A stretch of 64,000 nucleotides of DNA from Chrysomallon squamiferum (taxonomy: Eukaryota; Animalia; Mollusca): positions 1,488,001-1,552,000 of the forward strand of contig CM022676.1 in assembly GCA_012295275.1 (NCBI GenBank). Reading direction: 5' to 3'. The notes beneath the pieces are model-generated. The model made no database searches and was not told the DNA's origin. It saw only the letters and a program-made list of their open reading frames with translations. Of this stretch, positions 26,559-40,843 are shown one piece after another (position 1 is the first letter of the stretch; the number at the start of each line of letters is the position of its first letter). The translations under genes and the position numbers were made by a program.

Positions 26559-29243
26559 CTCTATCTGCAGCCTGTCCTGTGACTTTCAGTCTGGTGATGT
26601 ATATTTGTAGAACAAAGATCTGCCAGGCTGTTGTATATATTTGTTATTCTCCATTCAGGAGTGGGATACAGAAAATATGACTGACACATGTGTCTCATCA
26701 AAACGAAATATTAGCCTTTCACCCTTACATAAATATCACTAAAACATAAAAAATGTGTTTTTCAGTGATATTCTCAGACATTTAAACATTTATAAAGGTA
26801 TAGTCACATTTCCAGAATAAAGTTATTAAGAAACTTTTACTGGAAGAAAAAAAAAAAAAATGAATAGAAATAAATGTGACATACTTTAAATATATTAAAA
26901 TTAAAGATATATTATCAATGAAATAAAAGTTAATAATAAAGTAGTATCATAATTTACAACTTTTGATTTAACAAAGGAAAAAGGATTTTCTTTTAATGTT
27001 AAAAACTTGAAAAAATGTTTAACCCTGTATTCATTCATCTTTTCTGTCTAAAACTTTGTTACAATATATCAAAATTAAATTTTAAATGAAACTTCAAATT
27101 AAGTAGTTTACATATTTATGTTATTTTTTTTAACCTTCTTATGATTTTTGTTTATTTATTTATTGAGACTAAAAAAAAATGAACCAATTAATATTCTGAA
27201 ATGGTGCAGTCTAGTATTAAGAACAGAAATTATTAAAAATACATAATTTCTACACATTTTTGAAGAATATAAATCCTTAAGAATTGTACCTCTGTGAAAT
27301 ATTTTTAGTCTTTCAAAAAGAAAAAAGATGAAAAGAATTAAAAAAAGAAAACTGAATAATAAACATTTTAAAGAAAAGATTTAATAAACAAATTAGATGA
27401 ATCTATGAGGTCATGGTAAACTTAAAACACATCTGGCAACTTTAACAGGAACAATCCACTTACACAACCTGATCTACCTCCTGTCACTGATAGACCAATC
27501 CTCATAAAGCACTCTTCCTTATATGGGATGCAGTGATAACAGAACCAACCAATCAAACCACCCTGCAGTGACCTGTGACCTACAGGTTACCCAGCTGAAT
27601 GAAACCAAGAAAGCTGTATTCCAAAATTTGCCAATTTGTTGTTTTTTTTTGTTTTTTTTTTCCTTCTGGCATCAGTGAATAAATAAACTAGATTTTGAAA
27701 GCAGGTCACAGTGTGTTGTTAAAACAGATAGCTCAGAGGCCATTCCCATACAGATAATAATTATACTTCAACTATCGGTGCAAACAAAATTTTAAAACAA
27801 TTTATCAAAATTTATGTTCTTAACAATTGTCTCCTTAAATATAAACTGAATCAATAATTTTTGTTCTTTCTATAATATATTCATCTATGTATACTTATGT
27901 ATGCAGTATTCATGTATGAAATGAATGTGAATGTACATGCATGTTTCCATGTTGTGGGGAGTAAATTTCATCAACATTACAATGACAGAATACAAATATT
28001 ATTTCATAAAATATTATTATTGTTATTGTTGTGTTGGTGTTATGTTAACTTGAATGCAATTTGTAGCAAAAAATTACTATTTTCTTATATTATAATATTA
28101 TTACTATTGATTTATTAATTTATTTATTATTCATAATTATTATTCATATATCTATTGAGTTATTTAAAAAAAACAAAGATTCAACCAGAAAAGGGTCATT
28201 GTCTGACAGTATCAAAATGAAATGTTATATTTTAATATTTTAACAAGAACAGATTATTTCACAAAAGATTTATAACAACAAATATATTTTTTTATTTAAT
28301 ATTCTTTTAAATTTTAGTTATTTTGTGTTTTCATTATTTTAATTTTTTAGAGTGAAAAACAATCTTCAGTTTACTAGCTATTTAAGAAATAATTAACTGT
28401 GGTCTGAGACACTACTTCTCAGTAAAGATTTTCCCAAGGGAAATTCACTTTCTTGGTGACTAATGTGACACCAGATCTTGTAGATCAACATCAAAACGTA
28501 ATTGTCTCCCTTTGTCATTACATCATTTATACATAAATACAGAGAAGTCAGCTAGTGAGACAAGTGTTACACACAGCCTATCAACCTGTCCATATATCAC
28601 TTGACAGAAAAATTATTATATATTAAATAAATCTGACTAGTGAAATTTAGTATTTACCTGGTAACAGTTAAGTAGCAAACAACTGTCATCCTTAATGCAA
28701 CATCAAAACTGTAATTATTTTAATCAGAATTTACAATCACACAAAACTTGTACAGTATAGCTCAGTACTGTATAAGAAATGTTTATCAATTATTTATATC
28801 TGCTAATCAATATAAAAATATATTCGCAATTGAAAACTAATCAAAACAAATAAACAGAAAGTTATAATGTAATATTACTTATATTATTAATATATTATAA
28901 CCACATATTTTGAATTGCTTTACACACACACACACACACACTCTCTCTCTCTCTCTCTGTGAAAAGACTGTTTTAAAGCCTGAAAACCCAGTCATTAATT
29001 TGTGACATTAATTTATTACTGCAGCTGTTGACATTGATATAAAATTCTCAAGAAATCTCCCATATCCTTGATTCTTAATCATCTTCATTTAATTACATGT
29101 AGTTATGTAAATACTACTTTCTAAATTACCAATACCAATTACTCTTATTACGTCAGATACAAATATTAGAAAAGACAGAAAAGATAAAAAAGCTGGACTC
29201 AAATATTAAATTTAATTTAACACACAACAACAAAAGAATAAAA

Positions 29244-29247
<4 letters not shown>

Positions 29248-29320
<73 letters not shown>
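29248..29320. repeat. (GA)n microsatellite
   Basis: Directly visible. Confidence 0.95.
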
Positions 29321-29323
<3 letters not shown>

Positions 29324-31672
29324 TATATATGACAATAAACTTCAGACTTTACTTATATTTACTTAGAACATCCAGGTGGATGTTACTGCCTTCAAAACAA
29401 AACAGAATTTGCCAGACAATGTCTGTACAGAATCTATATTTATTTTAATGATGTGTTTACAATGTTCAGCTTATAACAGAATTAATCATGACAGGCTGAC
29501 TGGTCCACTTTCAGCTGATGCTATGTGATATCCAGATGGACGTTGCTAGCCAGTGACCTGATTTCACAGTTTAAATAAATTACCCAGTACACTGAACAGA
29601 CTAGAATGAATAAGAGTAATTGACTACTTGACATAAAAAAAACAGTTTTAATTAAACTTGGTTATTTATATTTCAAATTTCAATCTTATTTACTCAGTAA
29701 ATATCATGTCAGATTTTTCAGTTTTATAATTCCATAAACTGTTGTTTTGTTTTTTGTTTTTGTCATTTTAGTCAGTTTAAATAACAAATCTATGTTCTGC
29801 TCACTGATACTATTTTTTAAATAACATTTGAAACTGTGATCGGCTGAGAGCCTGATTTTCACCTTACTGGCATAAATCTAATAAATTTATATTTCCCAAT
29901 TTCAAGGCTTTAAATATTGTTATCTTATTTCTTTTTCTCTTTTTTTATTTATTTATTTTTGTTGCTCCTAATTTCTTTTCTAATAATTAAACAATGAGAA
30001 GCAATTAAAACTATTTGGTTCAAATATTTTTTCAAAATAAAACTTTTTGATACATACTCTTTTACAAAATTAAAGTCATTATATCAAACCCAACAGGTGA
30101 CTTAAAATATAAAACAGTTTATAATTAATGTTTTTTTCTTTAAGTGTAACTTGATCTTCCTCGCTCAAGTTAACTCTAATTATGGTATTTGTGGTTAGTA
30201 AGTTAGCTGTTTGTGAAAACATTACGTAACTGTTTCAAGATTCTCCAATTAGTTACATCCAGTGAGTGAACTGCTGAGGCTGTGTTAGTCTTTGATCTTG
30301 TTATAGAAAAATAAAGTAGACACCAAATTTGGCTAATTCTAAACATCTGGGACTGGGCTTAGTGGTTAGAGTGAGCATGACAAATACAGAATCAAACCTG
30401 AAAATCTATGAAGTTACCATTTCAGCAGTGCTTAAAAACTATGGGAAGTTCTTTATTTATTCATTTATTCATTTATTCATTTACAAAAGATATCTTGATG
30501 TTGGAACAGGATTTGGTGCAGTTGGTTTCCTTTCTAGAGCAATAAACTAACACGTTTTTTTCCCCGCTTAACAAAATGAGACATATATGTTTATTTTATT
30601 AGATAAATAAGTTTTACGAAAAAAAAATTTAATTAAGACAATCAATTTGTTTTACTTCATGTTAAAATGTAACTTTTGAAATTAAAATAATCCAAGCTTT
30701 TAAAAATACAACTACAATTCAGTATAACTAATTATGTATATGTCTGTGGATGTGTACTTATGCACATGTAAAATCAATTTACAATTCTCTAATCTGATTA
30801 TACACACCAAATATATTATTAAAGTTGGACAGGAAAGATCACAGCAGTGGCTTGTACATGTCAACCACCACAACGGTAAAATTATTTGTGTTGAACAATT
30901 AAACTTTATGACACAACAAAAACAGCTTTGATTTACTTGACGTCACTGACAATAATAATATGAAAGCACGTGAGGATGAAGCAGTTTGAAGTACTTTAAC
31001 TCTCATTATTTCTAAATTACACCATGGTTTTCACATTATCTCATAAACAACACCAACTACAGCTTCACAGCAACACAAAGCTTTTACAAGAGATGAGCTT
31101 CCAATTGGCATCAAATCACCATGGTGACTGGTGTCTGTCAGAGTGGAGAGCTGCTTTCTCACATACATCATGAACGATGTGGACAAGGTAGCAGTTTAAC
31201 ATGATGATAAATGGCTGAAATTTGAATCAGTTTTCAAAGAGCTCTTCAAGCAGAGAAACAGAAAAGTAACTTGTGACTAGAAGACACATGAAATGAAAGT
31301 TTTATGAGTGCTATAAATTACAGAATTTCTATCTACATTTTTAGATGAAAAAAAATTAAAATGATTTTTTTTTTTAAATATATGTAGCTTTAGTTAATTA
31401 ATAATAAATTAGTATGGAAAAATGTATAAAATGTGTGAAAGATGATGTAATATTAAGGTTAATACTTAATTTAATATTATTATTGTTAATGAATTAATAA
31501 GTAATTAAACAAATAAATTAAAATAAAATAAAATAAAAGCATTTATTATAATGATGAAGATGTATTTTCACACCAAAAGATAATTTTTTTTTTTTTTTTT
31601 TTCACTTAGGTAAAAATACAAGGTTAGACCCTTCCCTGGGCCCCTCCCAGTAACTTAAACTGACTGTAAACA

Positions 31673-31688
31673 CAGCGCCCTCTGGTGT
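31673..31688 (-). promoter_or_regulatory. CTCF-like motif ACACCAGAGGGCGCTG
   Basis: Close match to the CTCF core CCASYAGRKGGCRS; retains a CpG in a CpG-poor intron. Confidence 0.5.
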
Positions 31689-32362
31689 AAATGACTGTAG
31701 CTATGTGTGGAACTCTTGTAGGAAATGCTGACAATGCAGACATGAAACCATATCACACATTACCGTGGAGATGGGCATTATTACCCATCTCTCCTCCCTC
31801 ATACAACTTTCTAAATGCCAAACATTAACTGAATGTCAGCTTATTTGGAACAATTAGCAGAGAACATTTCAGACATTTCTTTTTAAATTTACATTTCACT
31901 GACAATAATGATACTGATTTTTTAATGTGTTTTTTTGTCATTACTGTTAGGAAAAACAACGATTATCATAAATAATATCATTTTTTCCAATAGCATAATT
32001 AATGTATATTTCTAATCTTTTGGGGTAGGAACATAGTGAAGATCATACATATAAATAATTTTAGGTTTTGTTTATAACCTACCTTAAAACTCATTTTTAT
32101 GTTCTTTTTATTATTATTTTATGTAAAATAGTGAAGTTATATATCTAAATAATTCTGTCATTTTTACAATAACAGTAATGTTAATGTACAATATTAGATT
32201 ATTAAGAAATTGAAAGAAAAGGATGTAAATAAAATTAATTATATACATTTGAGAATGTGGATTTAAAAAAGAATTTTCTCATTCAATTATACAATTTAAT
32301 TTGTTGCTGCATTACAGATTAATTCTTTTTTTCATTATTGTTTGCTAATTTAATTTAATTTA

Positions 32363-32416
<54 letters not shown>

Positions 32417-35400
32417 ACACATACACATTATTTGTCATAGTTTTATTGTGTTTGTAAATACTTGTAAATAAACTTTTTAAAACAATTACAAAGAAAATGT
32501 ATTTAAAATCAAATACATACATACATATATATATTTTTTTTTTTTTTACAAAGTTATTAATTATTAATTAGGCAATATCATTTCAAGAGTGCCTGTGTAT
32601 ATGTGTGTGTGTGTGTGAAACCAACACTAATTAATACTGTATTTTAATCTGTATTTTAAAACATTGTTGCTATTATAAACTGACCCTGTCATGGTTAGTA
32701 TAGATTTTTTAAATGTTTAGTCATGATTTAAAAAATCAGCATGAAACTCAACACCCTGGGCAGCACTTCCTCAGAATTAAATTTTTACTTAGTAAGTGAA
32801 TGATTCATCAAAAGATGCATGTACAAGACTAAGTGTGTGTGTGTGTGTGTGTGTGTGACATTCATATGTCATTATCATACAGACACAAAACTTTTATTAA
32901 ATAAGCAAGATGGGAGATGGTAATAAAAACTTGAATTTCTAAATTAAACTTAGAAAAAATAACTTTGTCCGTTATCTATGTCACACCCATTTTTAATGGT
33001 GGTCTATTAATAAAACTTGTTATTTCAAACACAATTCCTTGTTCTTCTTCCTATTTTTAGCTTTTCAAATATTCAAGTGAAACCTGTATGAAAAGTTTCA
33101 AACATTTTATTTATTTATAAATGTGAAAAATTATTTAGTTCTCTGTTGTTTTGTTTGAATATATGGATATTAAATTGACATTAAACTGATTCTCAGCTTT
33201 TAAATAAAATATAGTATTAAATTAAATTATAGAACTGTTACTATTATGGTTAGTATTATTTACAAAAATGGTAAAGCATAACTAAACTAAAACAAAATCA
33301 TAAATCAGAGAGCTATAAAGATAAATATTGTAATACAACTACTTTTTTTTTTATTAAAGATAATCGCTATATAAAGACTGGTTTAAAAAAGATATCATTC
33401 TTTTCAGATTACAAATGAGATATGAGAAAGATTAAAAACATGACAACTGTAGTTTAAAACACAAATATAGTCAAAAATGTAGACGAGTTTGTATTAAAAG
33501 ATTTTAAAATCTGTTTCTATTATTCTGAAGATTAAGAGAACAAATTAACTAGTATTTAAATCAATAATGGAGGTGAAGGATTCCACTGAACAGTAATTGA
33601 ATAACCCTTCACAGTGACAATTCTTCAAACAATAAACTGAAAGGCCAATTGCATCAGTGCAAATACTTAAATAAAACAGTACAGATTGACACACAAATGG
33701 ATTCTCTCACACACAATTAACACATCACCACCCATTCACCATTCACCCATTTACCATTCACACCCTCTCTCTACCCCAGGCTGGCCTTTTCTCTGACACA
33801 AACAACAATAAAAGCTTCTTATGGAAATGGAATTCTTAATCACTCATTATGAGAAATCCTCAAAGTGAATTCTGAAAGTTTATTAATTACATTAGACAAT
33901 TCAGCACTTAACTGTAACTTATAATTTCAAAACAAATTAAATTATGCCCATAATCTATGGCTTATTATTAAAACAACTAAATATTTTAAGAGGTTAATAA
34001 TACAAACAGAATAATTTAGCATATGAATACAATCTTGCAAATAATATTTTGAAAAAACTGAGTTAAAATTGTAATTCTAATTATTAAATACATCTTAAAA
34101 TTCATTAATAAAGATACTGCCAGAAAAATACATTAAAATTCTGAAGAAAAAAAGAAGAAAATTTGTGTTAACCCAAAATCAACTGTTCATTTATTATTAA
34201 TAAACTTTTAAAACAACTTTACAAAGAGTTTATTAATAATAATACTGCTAGAACAAAATAAATATAAAAAAATAAATATCATGTTCTGTGATTGCTGTAT
34301 AATGCTGTATTTTTCTTTTCATTGCAGTTTTATTAGATATCTATCATGAGTTGATCTTTTTGTTGTTCACAAAGTAGATTAATTGTCAAAAGAGCAAGAG
34401 TATGTTTGTGAACAACTGAGTGTGTTAAAACCAGCGTCTACAACAACAAAGACAGAGAAAGTGTGAAAACTTGGCTCCGTGTTGACACAGGGATTATCTG
34501 TCAATCTGAGATCTGAGATAGCACAAAACAGTTGTATTCACAAAAGCAAAGTTGTAGGTGTCTACAAACTTCATAAACATGGAAAAATAATGATTTCTTT
34601 TCTTCTTTTTTTTTTTTCTCTTTTTTTATGGTAAGGAGTTTATGAACTATCTATGATTTGAGGAGTATAATATTATAAATAAATTTGTGATTTGTAAGAA
34701 GTTTACACATTATTTATTATATGTGATGTATACAGACTATCTGTGATTTGTAAGGACAGTATAGACATTCTGTTTTGTTCAGATACCTTTTTAACTAATC
34801 ATGATTTGTTGTAATTTGGAAGCAACTTTATTCAAAATTTCAACTTACACAGATTTTATAGACAATCCCAAATTTGTCCTACTTTTGTACACATTTGTAG
34901 ATTTAATGGATCGATCTTAAGGTTTGTCTGTTTTACCATTTTTGACATTAAGCGCCATCTTTGTTAGCCCGTTTTGTAATATTACTTAATAAACAAAGAA
35001 ACAGACAAAGAGGTGTGGCAGAATATTTAAAAAAAATATATATTTAAATATTTTTATTCATACAAAATGAAAAAAATAAAATAAATATTAAGCAGAATTA
35101 AATATTATTATTAATTTCTTTTTTAAATCTCTAATAAAAGATCACAGCAGTTCGTATGTTTTATGTTTAAAATGTATTAAAAGCAGCCTCACTGAAGTGA
35201 AAAATAAATGTTAGTTACTCTTTGACTCTAAACCTACAGTACGCACACACACATATATACAGTCTTATTCTTAAATAAATAAATACACATATGCAAGACA
35301 TGCATATAAACATGTGCGTCCACCCCCACATTTTATTAGTCTGCAGGCGGACATTTAAACTGTAGCCTGGTTCTCACCAGACTAGACTGGTTCTGTAATC

Positions 35401-36726
35401 AGTTACTCCTAACACTGAGATAAAATTTTGGTTAATCAGATTTAGACACAATAAAATCTACTCCACAAATCAGTCACAAAACTACAAAACTTAAAAAATA
35501 CTCTTTGTTTACATTTATAAAATTAAAAACATTTTTGTTTTTTCAAGACTGGATATAACAAAAAAACCTGTAAAATAAGTTTGGGTTAAGTTCCTTAGAA
35601 AACCCCCAAGAAATTTGTTTTAAAAAGTTTTAGAAGACTATGAATATAATAATGAATGTTTTCACAAAAATTTGGTTTCAGTTTTTTACTAAAACAATAC
35701 TAAGTGTGTGTGAGTGTGTGTGTGTTATAAAATGTAATAAAATGTCATTAAGTTTCACTGAAATAATGTTTACAAACAAGAATAAAATAATTTTCACATA
35801 GTTTGGAAAAATATATAACAATAAACCATTTTCACAAATTTTCATAAAAATTAAAGTAATATATCAAATATGAAAAAAAAGGCTCATGGAAATAGTTTAA
35901 TGAAATAATGTGTAATAAATTTCAATGTATGCAAATAAAACCTTCAAGTAACCTCACAGAATCGAGGATTCAGTGACAGAGAAAATTCATTTCACATTCA
36001 GAAAAATGTGGATGTGAAAAAAATAAAAAAATAAATAGATGAAACTTCTACTAAAGATTCCTGAAATAATAATAAAAAGACCAAAAACAAGCAACCAGGT
36101 TATGTTGCACCAAATATTATTTACATTAAAACTTTTAAACTTATGTTTTTATTTATATATATTTATTTAAATCTTTGTTTTCTCTTGTTGCTTTATTGAA
36201 TTAACAATTAAATCAAAAAGTCATTATCATATCCCTACAAACCAAAAGTCCCATTTTTATTTTATCAGTTTATATTTCTTTTACAATTTATTATATAAAC
36301 AATGCAAAAATATAAATGTATTGTTTCAAGCACAAATATTAAAATGAGCCAAACTGTATGCAAAATCAAATTAACAGAATAACAATTTAATAAATAAACA
36401 AATTTATAGTAACTTTTTGTTATTATTATTCTTCTAATGAAATATTTAACAATCAGAGATAAAATGATTTTCTGTCTTTAGCCAAACAGTAACTTAAAGA
36501 TTAGTGTTAGTGTAATACACAAAATATATTTACCACACCAAAGACAGTTGCAGAGACTCTGTGTGATGTATAATATGTTTTTATCTTTTTTAAACCCTAG
36601 CTAAAAGGTCATTTTGATAATGAAATCTTTTCCAGTTTTCTATTAAAAATAATTCATTGATCCAAAGAAGTAGCCAAAATTTTAAATTATTAGTTGTTTT
36701 CATATGTTCTTTATTATTATTATTTT

Positions 36727-36757
<31 letters not shown>

Positions 36758-37138
36758 ACTCTATAAACTGAACTGAACCTGCAATAACTGAGAGAAATAA
36801 TAAAGTTAGAAAAAATATATTTTTTTGTTGTTGTTGTTGTTAATACTACTACTGCTGCCACTACAAAAACCTCATTATTATTTAAAGAGTCATCAATACA
36901 GTTACTTTAAGAGTTGCATTATTTATAATCTATGAATAAAAAAGAAAAGAAATAAGATTTTTAGTCATCAGTATAGCATTATTTTAACAGTTGTAATAAA
37001 GTATATTATGAATTTTAAAAAATTAGGTTTTCAGTTGTCAATATCTCACCTAACAGTTGTAATAATTACATTAAGACGTAAAATAAATGAAAAAGAAAAG
37101 AAATCAGTTGACAACATTTTAAAACGAGTAAAACTTAC

Positions 37139-37265
37139 CGGATCGCAGACCACTGTGGTATGGTGGGTGTAGCCGGGAATGAGGCACCCACAGATGGGAG
37201 CAGTAGTTACTCCGAGGTAAGATCATGGTGGGACCCGCGACCGGGCTTGGCGCCGGTGTAATCAT
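37139..37265 (-). CDS. ETS1: Alternative first coding exon of the Ets gene (MITPAPSPVAGPTMILPRSNYCSHLWVPHSRLHPPYHSGLRS)
   Basis: GC/CpG-rich island; in-frame ATGs at 37265 and 37226 (CACCATG Kozak); donor G|gtaagt, phase 1, compatible with exon 24491. Confidence 0.7.
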
Positions 37266-37659
37266 TTTATACTACGTTCTACAAAACTTATTCAAAAACT
37301 AAACTGCAAGCACCACGTGAAAATGTTCAGGTGCTGCGAGAAAAAAAATTGCCAAACAACCTCAGCACATTTTAAAACTTTTATCTTAAGAAATAAAATC
37401 CAGATCCACTAACTCCAGAACAGATGAAAAATTATTCTCAAAGCTGATAAATTATAAACTGTAAGATATTCAAGTAACACTGATGAAAAGTAAATTATTT
37501 CTTCAGTAAGAAATGTTTAAAAAGCTGGTCAGAAATAAAATAAATCCACTGAAGCAGAGGCTGATCCTTTCACACGCAATCTGTTTCAACAACTACTTTC
37601 AACTCAGCCTACACTTATGTTCTTACTAACTTATGAATGAAAACACTGGTCTTATCAAT

Positions 37660-37725
37660 CACTATAACCCATCAGCCAATCAGGTGCAGCTGATATTAAT
37701 AATATATGCAAGCCACACCCACCTG
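37660..37725 (-). promoter_or_regulatory. Candidate internal promoter elements (CCAAT/NF-Y box, CACCC box)
   Basis: cagccaatcagg near 37673-37684 and gccacaccc near 37712, ~400-450 bp upstream of the alternative exon. Confidence 0.4.
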
Positions 37726-40700
37726 CTGTGTAAAAGGATTTATGAATGAATTTTAGACAAGTGAAGAGCCAGCTGTGGATGAAATGGGGCCCACTTGAGG
37801 AAACAAATAAATAAAATGTTGCCTTAGAGCTAAACAGAGATGAGAGGATTATTATGTGTGAGAAATTCGTCTTCTGCTTTGAGAAATTTACTGAGAACTT
37901 TTTTCACTACAAAACAGATTATCACTAACTTCTGTGTATTTTTAAAACTTTATTTATTTTTTATATAATATTTATTTTATTTCTTCTCTTGCTTTTTATT
38001 ACTTTTTTCCCTTAAAATTCATAGTTATTTAAATATTTATCCTGCCTTAATATTTATATAAATTCAAAGACCTTACAGACTAAAAATAAATAATTATAAA
38101 ACCAAAAAAAACTTTTTAAAAAAGTAACCCAGCCAGAACCTCAAAGAACTTTTCTTCCTTCATTTCTGTTCCAGCAGTTTCTTTATGGTCCAGTGATCAG
38201 CTGTATGTGTGCATGAATGGGGTAAAAAAAAATCTCTGTTGGTGAGGGAGTCTGGCGTTAATATGGTATTTATCACATGTGATCTCTCACAGCCACTGAA
38301 TCAAAATTCTAATACTTTCTAAACTACCAATTATAATTTTCTTTTGAAAACTTAAATATTTATTCCTGATGAGTTTTATTTTTCTTTATTAATTTTTCTT
38401 TCTCTAAAGTTATAACAACTTACAATTATTATTACTGATGATGATGATGAACATGAGGATGATAATGATGATGATGATTAATTTGTTTTTCCTGTCTTTT
38501 ACTCTTATCAGTCTTATCTATCTGTCTTTTAATTTTTATTAATCATTAAAGTTGATGAATGCTGAAATACTGCTAGAACAATAATATAGTGATAACACAT
38601 ATTAGTTTCCTTATAATGAAGTTACCAGATTTGTTTGAACTTCCTGAGAATTTTAGTATAGTCTTATATCCTTTTACATCATTTAAGCCATTGCAGAAAA
38701 AATAATTTAAAAGCGCTCAGATTTCTTATTCTAATGTTGTGATAATAAAATTGTTTTAACAACAACAACAAAAATATTAATTTTATATTAAAATAAAACT
38801 GTGAGGCTTTGGGCTGCCTTAAGCTCCCTTTGTTTGTTATTTTTGTTTTAAAGGTTAAAAATATTTTAATCTTTCTATCTATATATAATCTACATACTGC
38901 TCTGTCTCTGTTTTTTTTTTAATATATGTTGTAATATTTCACTCACATTTTTTTTATAATCATCTGTCTTCTACATGCCATGTATTAAAAAGTTAACAAA
39001 TCCAAAATATAAGTCAGTTAATTTATCATTCATCACATTATATTCACTTTGTAACCATATCTTTGTCACCAGTTACTTGTATCTATGTATTGTAACCTTG
39101 TAATGATATACTCTGTAACCACTTACTCACTTTGTAATCATATACTTTGTAATTATAATAAATAAATAAGTTATTTACAATACTGTATCAGCAAATCAAA
39201 GTAATCAAAATAATAATGGATTTAGAAGCCATTTATCATTATATTTTAAAACCAAATTAAACCTTATTAATAGATGCCTTTAGAACACATATCTGCATTT
39301 GTATGCCATATTAAAATGGTCACAGAAACAAGTTAGTAATTAGAATTGCTGATCTGTAAAAGGTAACTTTAATTAAATGACAAAAGTCAGTTTCAGTATT
39401 AATTTAATAAAACAGCAAACTAGTTAAACAAACTAGTTATGCTGAACTTTATAAACAGACAAAACAAAAAAAAAAAAAAAAAAATAAATAACAAAAACCC
39501 AAATTAAACTAAAAAATTGACATTTCTAACACTATGCCTTCAATTAGATTTAGATAAAAAGAACAAAAATGCAAATAATAAGTAAAGTAAAAGTGGAAAC
39601 CTGTTAAACCCATAGGTACAACACATACCTTCAGTTAGATAGGGAATTAAGCCCTGATAAAATGGCTCTTGAAGCCAGATGGAATTAACGCCGTACTGAT
39701 TTAGAATCACTGTCCATTCCTTGTCAAACATGTTCTCTGTGCAGCAGCTCGCTGTATCTGTTACCCAAAGATGTTGTCTCAGAGTTTAATAACCCAGAAA
39801 AAGTGATTTGTTACAAATTGATAAACATTGTTAGGTTAGTCCTGGTAAATTTTGTTATTCTTCAACTCAGATATCCTTGAAAATATACATTACAAATATA
39901 TATATATATATATATATATATTTCAAACTACTTCCTTCTAAAAGTACCGGTTATCAACCCTCCTAAAACAGTCTTCTGAAAGTCCCTGCAATCAAATCCC
40001 GTCCAAAAATCCCAACAAGATTTCAATCCCAAAATCACTTATAGTCTAATGCAGGTAATCTCTTACATTCTAAAATGTTCCAAAATCACAAATATCTGGA
40101 TTTTAAAATGTTCACAATTCTCAAATCCTCTTACATTCTAAAATCATTTTCTTTTTGTTTTTTAAATCTATTTAAATATATGAACTCTGACTGATGTTTT
40201 GTCATGCCTTCATATTTGAAAATCAAAATAAAACCAATGATAATCTCAGATGTAATTAATGAGGCTGGGACTGAGTTACAATAGTTCAGTTATTTGTTCA
40301 GTAAACATGAGAAAAATAATGTGGTTGAAACTAACTAAAGAACAAGTAAATGTTGTTTGTTTTTTTGCTGAAATCCATGTCACTGAATTACTTCATTTGG
40401 TAAGTTTCAGGTTCCAGATGAAGGTTTCTGAGATTTTCAGTTTCACTAACGACAGGGAAATGAAATAAGATGGAGCAGAATTACACATCAGGACAATGAT
40501 GATGATTAAAAACAATGGTGTCCAGAACTAATGTTCAGCACAATGATGATGTTGATGATAACCGACCAATGATTATGATGACAATGATGATTTTTAGAAC
40601 AATGCTGAAGGTTATTATAATCAAACAATGATGATGTGATGATAATCATGATGTTCTACTAAGTCCCTATGATAAAATAACACAAACCTAAACAAATAAA

Positions 40701-40843
40701 ATAATAATAATAATTAATTAATTAATTAATTAAAGGCCATGGACAAAACAAACACAGAATAACTTTTTTAAATTCAGAATAGTGCCAACAGAGTGGAATT
40801 AACTTAAGATAGGTAAAAGAATGTTAAGAAGAAACTTTTTATT

